Positions 56,719-64,000 of a stretch of DNA of 64,000 nt are shown here, in pieces. The notes under the pieces are model-generated. The model saw nothing but the letters and a program-made list of their open reading frames with translations. It was not told the DNA's origin and did not search any database. The translations under genes and the position numbers were made by a program. Position 1 is the stretch's first letter; every line of letters starts with the position of its first letter. The stretch comes from Candidatus Azotimanducaceae bacterium (GTDB lineage Bacteria > Pseudomonadota > Gammaproteobacteria > Pseudomonadales > Azotimanducaceae): contig CBDFIL010000002.1 of the NCBI GenBank assembly GCA_965248075.1, positions 16,223 through 80,222 of the forward strand. The letters run 5' to 3'.

Positions 56719-57497
56719 TAAGGAGTTCGTTCCATTAAAACGTTGATGTTTCATGCGATGTCCAGGGCGAAGTTGCGCCGACCGAACTGCACGGGCGCTT
56801 CGTTCATTTCCGCAATGCCTTGGAGGATGCGGGAGTCAGTTCCGCGGTGGACGCGACGCGGATGTGGCGCAGGAACGTGCGCGCCATTTTGGAGAAGACG
56901 CACTCGATCAGGTTCAGCCAGAAGCCGTGTTTCAGGGTATGCACGTATTCAAAGCGCCCAGGTCGCGTCGCGACGTTCCAGGTACTATCGCACCCCGATG
57001 CGGCTTCAGATCGTGCTCCTGCAGGATGCGCCAGACGCTGCTCCTGCTGATGCGCGACAAGCGCGGAAACCCGGCCGCCTCGGCTTCGCGTTGCAGGTGG
57101 GTGGCCAATGCCGACAACGTCCACAACTCCGCCGCCAGACCCAGCGCCTTGGGTTGCTGACATGCCACGCTGACCACCCAGGTTTTTGCGTCCGGCAGAA
57201 TCTCGGGCTCCCGCGGGCGGTGGTAACGATCTCTCAAGCCGGTGCGCACGCCCGCCGCCAACGCCTTGTCGACACATTTGTAGATGGTTGGGCGCGACAC
57301 GCCGACTTCCCGCTGTATCTGCGAGATCGACAACCCCGCCGCGTACCTCAGCAGCACCTTCGCTCGCGTTACCTCGCGCGCCGGCGCCGTCCCCGAGCGG
57401 CTCAACGTCGTCAGCATCTCCCGATCCGACTCCGACAACTCCAACGCCGCGCGCTCTGTTCGTCTCGCCATGTCCCGCTCCCTGATTGGATCGGGCC
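56719..57497 (-). mobile_element. IS630-family copy 1: internally deleted (~411 bp) and lacking its 5' inverted repeat
   Basis: Encodes MARRTERAALELSESDREMLTTLSRSGTAPAREVTRAKVLLRYAAGLSISQIQREVGVSRPTIYKCV...EHDLKPHR. It then jumps to ...RPGRFEYVHT.KHGFWLNLIEC... The junction ggaacgtcgcgac|gcgacctggg (~56966-56978) shows gcgac microhomology relative to copy 2. The right IR ...cgttttaatggaacgaactcctta ends at 56719. Confidence 0.87.
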
Positions 57498-57668
57498 AGC
57501 TGCAGTCGGCAGAATCGGGCAGGGCGCACGCACCTGCACAGTAATGAGCAGCATCCATGCCTCGTATTCTCCAAATTGTTCACCGTCTGTCAATGTCCAC
57601 CGAAAATGGCAGGTTTCTGACAATCGAAAGTGTCTGGATTTGCCGGCCGACGGTGCGTGCAACCAGGG

Positions 57669-58007
57669 CGTCAGCACGCGCACGCCGTCATAAAGCAGAC
57701 GACTGTCCGCTGGCGCCAGGACGTGTGTCTCGGTGACGGTGCTGTCGACGCGCACGCGCTGGCCGGTCTCCACGCCCGAGCCACATGCTGCAGACGGCAG
57801 GTCGCGGTTGATGCGCTCCGAAGTATCGGCGCGCAGCGCGGCGACGGTGGCCTGCAGCGCCGACTTCTTTCGGCAGGCGGGTCGCGTCCACACGCGCCCG
57901 AAGCGGCGCGCCGAGACCGAGTCGTGCAGGGTGAACTCGAGCCCGCGCCAAGTCTCTTGACGCAAGTGTTTGAGTATCGCGCAACGGAGTACGGTCTCGC
58001 AACTGAA
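57669..58007 (-). pseudogene. N-terminal fragment of an IS4/IS5-superfamily DDE transposase
   Basis: ...LRCAILKHLRQETWRGLEFTLHDSVSARRFGRV...KKSALQATVAALRADTSERINRDL...GQRVRVDSTVTETHVLAPADSRLLYDGVRVLT. The pattern is DUF772 plus the start of the DDE domain. Truncated on both sides. Confidence 0.55.
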
Positions 58008-58016
58008 GAGCCTTGT

Positions 58017-59575
58017 CCAACGCAAGGTGAGCCTGAACGCGACGTGCGATTCCAACGCAAAGTGAGCCTGAACTGGGGGTGTCGGGGATCATCGGGAGAT
58101 GATCGTGACACTTCAGACCGAGCGCGTTCGCACGCTCGAGCAGGTGGCGGCGTTCGTCGCGGCGAACGCGCCGGTGGACTTTCAGCGCACGGACCGGGCG
58201 AGTGCCTACGAGTTCGTGGCGCGGACGCTGTCGCGCCTCGGGTACCGCGCACTCGACAGGCCGTCGAAGGCGCTGGTGAAGCGCTTTCTGGCGAAGACGA
58301 CGGGCTATTCGCGTGCCCAGCTGACGCGCCTGATCCGCCAGTACCGCGAGACGGCCAAGGTGGTGGACCGCCGCGACGGCAACCAGGGCCGGCCGTTCGC
58401 GCGGGTCTACACGCCAGCCGACGTGCGCCGGCTGGCGCGGGTGGACGCAGACCTCGGCCAGATGTCGGGCCTGGCGACGCGGGTCGTGTTGCAGCGCGAG
58501 TTCCACCTCTTCGGCGACGCGCGCTTCGAGCGCCTGGCGGGGATCTCGGCAAGCCACATCTACAATCTGCGGGCATCCCGGACCTACCGCACACAGCGCA
58601 CGGTGGTGGCGGGGACGAAGGCGAGCGCGGTGGCGGTGGGCGTGCGCCGCGCGCCGCCGCCCGGTGGCCGGCCGGGCTTCCTGCGCGTCGACACCGTGCA
58701 CCAGGGCGACCGCGACGGCGCCAAGGGCGTGTACCTGGTCAACATCGTCGACCAGGTCACGCAGTACGAGTACGTCGGCGCGGTCGAGAACATCTCCGAG
58801 CGCTTCCTGGTGCCGCTGCTCTAAGCCCTGCTCGACCTGTTCCCGTTCGCCGTCGTCGGCTTCCACGCCGACAACGGCTCCGAGTACGTCAACCACACCG
58901 TGGCGGCGCTGCTCAGCAAGCTGCACGTGCGCGACTTCACCAAGTCCCGACCGCGGCGCTCCACCGACAACGCCTTGGTCGAGGGCAAGAACGCCAGCGT
59001 CGTGCGCCGCTTCCTCGGCCACGAGCACATCCCGCGGCGCTTCGCGCCCCTGGTCGACGCGTTCGTACGGCAGCACCTGTCGCCGTACCTCAACTACCAC
59101 CGGCCCTGCCTGTTCGCCACCGAGCGCAAAGGCGCCAACGGTCGCGTCAAGCGCGTCTACCGGCCCCGGGACGTGCAAACGCCCTACGCCAAGCTGCGCT
59201 CGCTAGCCGACGCCGAGGCATGCCTGAAGCCCGGCGTCTGCTTCGCGGACCTCGACGCGCAGGCACACGCCATGAGCGACCTGCAGACCGTCAGGGCCGT
59301 CAACACCGCCCGCGACCGGCTGTTCCAAAGCATCGCCGCGGCCGCGCCCGCCGTCGCCTGATGGAACGGCTTCGAATGGCCCGGCGCCGCGTTTACCACC
59401 GCCTGACCACGCCGCTTTATTGTCTGAGGGGATCGCGACCGTGGACAGCCCGTGGGAAACGCTACTCGGCAACATCGACCTCTGCGCGCTTCAGCCGCCA
59501 ACTCTCGGCGACTGCTCCGTGCCCTACCACAAACCTTCCCCGGATCCCCGGATCATAGGCTCATCTTCTTATTGG
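58017..59575 (+). mobile_element. rve-type (DDE integrase-core) transposable element; approximate ends
   Basis: The left end carries two direct 22-bp repeats, ccaacgcaaRgtgagcctgaac, at 58017-58038 and 58052-58073. The right end (~59555-59575) contains the inverted tgagcct core (ggctcat). Confidence 0.55.
58099..59361 (+). pseudogene. DDE integrase-core (rve) transposase interrupted by one in-frame TAA
   Basis: ORFs 58099..58824 and 58900..59361 share a frame (801 = 267x3). ...ISERFLVPLL-TAA(58822-58824)-ALLDLFPFAVVGFHADNGSEYVNHTVAALL...RRSTDNALVEGKNASVVRRFLGH. Confidence 0.82.
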
Positions 59576-59728
59576 AATATGCTCTGAGACCTTTGCGGCC
59601 ACGCACCGGGGCGCCGGCAGCACCGAGACCCACAGCGATCGCGTCGAGCAGTTCGCGGGGTGCGGCGATCGCCTCGGGTTTGCGTTTTGGCACGACGGAC
59701 TCGCGATGCCTGCAATTCGGCGCGAACA

Positions 59729-60120
59729 GCACGGAGTAGCCTTGGCGGATGGCCTCGCGGCCGAGCGCTATGGCCAGGTGCGACTTCCCGACGCCCGGCG
59801 GACCGAGCAGCAAGGCGGCGTCGCCGTGCGCCACCCAGCGTGACGTCGCCAGCTCGCGGATCTGGCGTTTGTCGACGCTCGGCTGCGCCTTGAAGTCGAA
59901 GTTGGCGAGTTCGCGGACCGCCGGGAAGTGGGCGATCTTCAACGCCATCTCGAGGCGCCGCTCGTCCTTGCGCGCTACCTCGCGGTCGACCAGGAACGCC
60001 ACCGCCTCGCGCAGCGTCAACTGCTTCTCGGCTGCCTCGTCGAGCAGGCTGTCGAGCTGGTCGCGGATGCAGGTCAGCTTCAGTCGTGTCAGCCGGTCCA
60101 TGAGCACGTCGTGGTCCATG
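59729..60120 (-). pseudogene. istB: IstB ATPase helper, 5' half only
   Basis: MDHDVLMDRLTRLKLTCIRDQLDSLLDEAAEKQLTLREAVAFLVDREV...FDFKAQPSVDKRQIRELA...LLLGPPGVGKSHLAIALGREAIRQGYSVL, then joined to the IS91-derived FAPNCRHRESVVPKRK. Confidence 0.82.
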
Positions 60121-60996
60121 TCAGAACCTCCCCCCGGCGAGCGCGGACCGTCCGGATGAGATCGCGCATCTGCCCGAGTCGGCGCCGGTCGGCGATCACC
60201 CGCATCCACCACGCCAAGTGAGCTTCCAGGGCGCCGAAGCTCTCGAACGGGTGGCCGGCGATCGCGTTGCGCTTGAGGTAGCGCACGCCGTTGTCGTCCT
60301 TGCCCTTGGTACGGGCCCGGTACGGCACGCACGCCCGCGGCCGGAACCCCCAGTGCGCCCCGAACGCCAGAAAGCGTTCGTTGAACTCCACCTCGCGCGT
60401 CGCCGCGTCGTGGTGCACCACCAGCGCCTTTGGGTTGTCCACCAGGACCTCGTCCGTGACACCACCGAAGTGTCGGAACGTCCCCTCGATACCGGCGAAC
60501 CATGCCGACTGGCGCTCGTGCGCAAACGCCGGCACATAGGTGCGCCGAGAGTATCCCAGGGTCGTCACGAACAGGTGCACGCGCATCGTCTCGCCCCCGA
60601 TCGGCACGCGGCTCGTGCCGAAATCGATCTGCAGCTGCCACCCCGGTGGCGTCTCGAAACGCAGCGTCGCCTTCGCCTCCGCCGCCAGCCGCCGACGGTA
60701 CGGCGCCACCGCGCGCTCCACACTTCGCAGGCTCACCTCGATCGACTGCTCGTTCGCCAGATCCTGGCGCACCACCTCGGTGTTGCCGCGGTGCCGGAGG
60801 AAACCCTCCTCGAGCCACACGTCCAGACCCGCCAGCTTGCCGTTACGGCGCGGGCCGCCGTACGCCCCCAGCCTCGCGCCTCCACATAGCGCCTCACCGT
60901 GTTGCGACTGCAGCCGAACTCCCGCGCGATGCGCCGCGTTCCCCAGCCGAGCTCGTGGAGACCCAGCATCGCCTCCACCTCATCCGGCTTCATCAT
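60089..60996 (-). pseudogene. istA: IS21-family transposase IstA, frameshifted at a homopolymer and lacking ~200 C-terminal residues
   Basis: MMKPDEVEAMLGLHELGWGTRRIAREFGCSRNTVRRYVEARGWG, then (C5 run 60864-60868) the frame changes to AYGGPRRNGKLAGLDVWLEEGFL...WQLQIDFGTSRV...LFVTTLGYSRR...VLVDNPKALV...RPRACVPYRARTKGKDDNGV...HLAWWMRVIADRR, and ends prematurely. Confidence 0.82.
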
Positions 60997-61235
60997 TCCT
61001 TGCCTCCGCGATCCTCCTGACCGCGCACTATCGTGGCACTCCTTCATGCGTCCGACCTCCCCTACCGTCCCTTCAGGGGGGTCAGTTTTTGTGTCGCATG
61101 GGGGTCAGTTCTATATGTCGCCTAACAGTCCGACGTCGGCTGAGGCTCCGAGTCAACGGGTTTGTGTTGATGGGCGAAGGAGACCACATGATACAAGGTA
61201 ATCATGAAACGAATGCGCTGTTTCGACCTTGTGAC

Positions 61236-62482
61236 TAGTAGTTCGTTTCTTAAATTAGTTTACAAACTGGCGATGCCGATGCATGATGCTGGCCCGATCC
61301 AATCAGGGAGCGGGACATGGCCAGACGAACAGAGCGCGCGGCGTTGGAGTTGTCGGAGTCGGATCGCGAGATGCTGACGACGTTGAGCCGCTCGGCGACG
61401 GCGCCGGCGCGCGAGGTAACACGAGCGAAGGTGCTGCTGAGGTACGCGGCGGGGTTGTCGATCTCGCAGATACAGCGGGAAGTCGGCGTGTCGCGCCCAA
61501 CCATCTACAAATGTGTCGACAAGGCGTTGGCGGCGGGCGTGCGCACCGGCTTGAGAGATCGTTACCACCGCCCCGCGGGAGCCCGAGATTCTGCCGGACG
61601 CAAAAGCCTGGGTGGTCAGCGTGGCATGTCAGCAACCCAAGGCGCTGGGTCTGGCGGCGGAGTTGTGGACGTTGTCGGCATTGGCCGCCCACCTGCAACG
61701 CGAAGCCGCGGCGGCCGGGTTTCCGCGCTTGTCGCGCATTAGCAGGAGCAGCGTCTGGCGCATCCTGCAGGAGCACGATCTGAAGCCGCATCGGGTGCGA
61801 TACTACCTGGAACGTCGCGACCCGGAGTTCGACCGCAAGATGCGCGAAGTCCTGATGGTCTATCGCGAGGTGTTCCTGACGCCAGCGCCGCGCGACGCCG
61901 CCACGCCGACCACCTACACGGTGTCCGTGGACGAGAAGCCCGGCGTACAGGCTATCGGCACCACCGCCCCGGACCTGCCGCCGGTAGCGGGGCAACAGGC
62001 GACGCTGTCGCGCGACTATGAGTACGTGCGCCACGGCACGTTGTCGATTCTCGCCGCGCTGGATTTGCACAGCGGCGAAATCATCGCCGATGTCGAGCCG
62101 AGACATCGTAGCCGCGAGTTCGTCGCCTTGCTGGAGCGCTTGCATCGTCACTATCCGCCCGACGCCGTCATCCGCGTTGTCCTCGACAATCACTCTGCGC
62201 ACATTTCCCGCGAGACCATGGCGTACCTGGCGACGCGACCTGGGCGCTTCGAATACGTGCATACCCCGAAACACGGCTCCTGGCTGAACCTGATCGAGTG
62301 CGCCTTCTCCAAAATGGCGCGCACGTTCCTGCGCCACATCCGCGTCGCGTCCACCGCGGAACTGAAATCCCGCATCCTCCAAGGCATTGCGGAAATGAAC
62401 GAAGCGCCCGTGCAGTTGCGTTGGCGCAACTTCGACCTGGACATCGCATGAAACGTCAACGTTTTAATGGAACTAACTACTA
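61236..62482 (+). mobile_element. IS630-family copy 2: full length (1247 bp) with both inverted repeats and flanking TA
   Basis: IRs tagtagttcgtttcttaaa (61236-) and the reverse complement of tttaatggaactaactacta (-62482). It is inverted relative to copy 1. Confidence 0.9.
61317..62451 (+). pseudogene. IS630-family transposase, one extra C in a C-run splits the frame
   Basis: MARRTERAALELS...RDRYHRP, then CCCC at 61571-61574 (copy 1 has CCC). The next frame continues REPEILPDAKAWVVSVACQQPKALG...VSVDEKPGVQA...VVLDNHSAHIS...HGSWLNLIECAFSK... to 62451. Confidence 0.85.
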
Positions 62483-64000
62483 GCCGAAGATCGCGTTCAG
62501 TAGGGCAAGCAATCCGACACCACTCGATGGTAGTGCGATCGATTGCAGAATTGGATGGCGAGTCCAGGGTACGAACGCCCCACTGTGGAGACATGTGATG
62601 TTGTCCATCACGAGGTCCGCCTTTTTCATCATCGATCCTCTATTTGTCAACATTCGTCGGTACAGATCGAGGTCGTCTAGGATTTCTTGTCTACTTTGAT
62701 TTGCGGTTCGTTGGAATAGCAGTGCGCGAGTCAGTAGATACGCCGAGAATCCAGCGTAAATCGCAAGCAGCGTTGGGCTCCAAATCCACCCATCGAATAT
62801 CGTACTGCGAGCTAGCAGCAACAAAAAAACGAGAACGAAGGGCAGGACGATCAGCGGGCTGACACAACTAGTGTGAGCCGCTATTAGCTGCATAGTTTGC
62901 CAACGACTATCGACTTCGTCATTGACTTTGGGAGATGTGTTCCATCCTGCGATATCACCTGCAACTAGTGCCTGGATATAGACCTGACCTAGACGTAACG
63001 CGTCTGTACATAAGAACACCGCGATCAAGGCGAAGAAGAAGGTAAATGTCCGAACTATTTCTATCTCAAATCCGATGTGGCGCGCCAGTAGAGGACTAGC
63101 ATCGCGGCTGACCATGAACCACACCAGTAATGTCCAAGCTACCACCCATGGCAGCACCCGAGCCAAGCGCGCCTCGCATCTCCCGAGCACATGGTACTTT
63201 TCCCAGATTTCATGAACATTCTTTTTGTTAATCGGCTGCTGATTCTTGGCAATCTCTCGCGACCAATGCGCGAGCGAATTTACCGATTGACTTCGGACAG
63301 TTAGCTGAAACGTTCTCCAAACTACACCGGCGCCGAATTGGAGCCGTTGAACGCCGGAGTTGAGCCCGAAGTCACGTACTATATCCTCGGTACTTTGTGC
63401 GATCCTCCCCGCCCCAATGATTACAAAGCTGATGGCATAGATAGTCACGGTCAAGTGCAGCGCGAGTGTCGGCACGGCACTGATCCCCTCGAAGAGTAGA
63501 AGCGGCTCCCAGCTCCCGATACGCCACGTGTACAACATCTGGCTGATGAATACCGCCGACAGCACCGCAAGTATCACAACGCGTTTGTGGGCGCGGCTCG
63601 TATGTGAATTGTCTGGAAGCTGGCGGCTCATCGAGAAGCTAACAAGTGCGAGCACGAATAATGGCGCTAACAGCGCGAGAGTTCGCAGGACTTGTAGGTA
63701 GGTATCGTGGTCAAATCTCGGTGAATCTTTCCCGCCCGAAGAATCCTCCCCTTGGCCATGTCGGGGCGGACCCGTTTGATCACGCGCAGTGATATCAATT
63801 GCCCCCGAGCGACCGATTTCGAATAATCGCGGGGGCGGCGGACGGTAGTCTTTTAGGCTTCCGTTACCATTGTCGGTTAATGCCATTCTAACAGCGGAGA
63901 AGACCGCCGTCTGGTAGCTGTCACGGAATGGAGGCACCTCGAAATGCCCACTCAAATGGCCCCTCTGATGGCCCCGTTCCGGCCATAGCCCATACGCGGA
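62480..64000 (-). CDS. Polytopic membrane protein of unknown function (>=491 aa; 5' end may lie beyond the window), low-GC island
   Basis: About 8 hydrophobic helices (LALLAPLFVLALVSFSM, VVILAVLSAVFISQMLY, AVPTLALHLTVTIYAISFVIIGAG, LPWVVAWTLLVWFMV, FTFFFALIAVFLCTDAL, LIVLPFVLVFLLLLA, LLAIYAGFSAYLLTRALLF) with two soluble loops. The frame stays open upstream of the TTG at 63955 to base 64000. The TAG stop (62480-62482) coincides with the TA target of IS630 copy 2. Confidence 0.65.
   Translation of the reverse strand, partial: SAYGLWPERGHQRGHLSGHFEVPPFRDSYQTAVFSAVRMALTDNGNGSLKDYRPPPPRLFEIGRSGAIDITARDQTGPPRHGQGEDSSGGKDSPRFDHDTYLQVLRTLALLAPLFVLALVSFSMSRQLPDNSHTSRAHKRVVILAVLSAVFISQMLYTWRIGSWEPLLLFEGISAVPTLALHLTVTIYAISFVIIGAGRIAQSTEDIVRDFGLNSGVQRLQFGAGVVWRTFQLTVRSQSVNSLAHWSREIAKNQQPINKKNVHEIWEKYHVLGRCEARLARVLPWVVAWTLLVWFMVSRDASPLLARHIGFEIEIVRTFTFFFALIAVFLCTDALRLGQVYIQALVAGDIAGWNTSPKVNDEVDSRWQTMQLIAAHTSCVSPLIVLPFVLVFLLLLARSTIFDGWIWSPTLLAIYAGFSAYLLTRALLFQRTANQSRQEILDDLDLYRRMLTNRGSMMKKADLVMDNITCLHSGAFVPWTRHPILQSIALPSSGVGLLALLNAIFG

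Larger units (their letters stand above)
59729..61135 (-). mobile_element. Degraded IS21-family element (istA frameshifted and internally shortened, istB 3'-truncated)
   Basis: istA-istB order, with an istB start next to the istA end. The upstream terminus carries two direct repeats, ggggtcagtt, at ~61077 and ~61104 (multiple terminal repeats are typical of IS21 ends). Confidence 0.72.

Noticed and set aside
62480-62482. IS630 copy 2 truncating the membrane-protein gene and donating its stop codon
   Set aside because: Rebuilding the pre-insertion sequence (single TA plus the left flank at 56718) regenerates the same TAG. The stop is most likely native, and the IS simply used the TA within it.

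Overview
High-GC (roughly two-thirds G+C by eye) proteobacterial-type chromosomal window, read on both strands. No rRNA, tRNA or CRISPR array was recognised. It splits into three parts.

(1) 1-5908, minus strand. An operon-like cluster for a giant repetitive adhesin. Its gene holds at least 12.5 virtually identical 306-bp PKD-domain repeats, runs off the left edge, and has its frame broken at a T4/A4 run.

(2) 6576-47112. A mixed housekeeping and accessory block. It holds a NUDIX hydrolase, two aminotransferases, a 1726-aa exonuclease-RecQ-UvrD triple-fusion helicase, adenine/adenosine deaminase and two amidases. It also holds an unusual deaminase-HATPase_c_4-wHTH fusion next to an AT-rich 62-bp periodic motif array, an intact IS66-type element with a perfect 8-bp target duplication, and a redox/hydrolase island. 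That island has three PhyH-family dioxygenases, a CmcJ-like protein, SDRs, epoxide hydrolase, crotonase, prolyl oligopeptidase and an acyl-CoA-dehydrogenase/tannase chimera. A frameshifted TnpB element sits here too. GTAG-headed REP/REPIN-like palindromes sit at several gene ends.

(3) 47463-64000. A dense insertion-sequence graveyard of IS91, IS256, ISNCY, IS1595, IS1182/IS5-like, IS630 x2, an rve-type element, IS21 and one unclassified element. It is nested inside a low-GC island. That island encodes an at least 491-aa polytopic membrane protein and two small signal-peptide proteins of unknown function.

Gene decay is conspicuous: three in-frame stop codons, several deletion relics and many frameshifts. 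Most frameshifts sit in homopolymer runs, so sequencing error must be excluded before calling them pseudogenes.

Best candidates for undescribed biology are the deaminase fusion with its adjacent motif array, the triple-fusion helicase, and the IS-fragmented low-GC membrane/secreted gene cluster. All family assignments come from motif recognition by eye; no database search was run.
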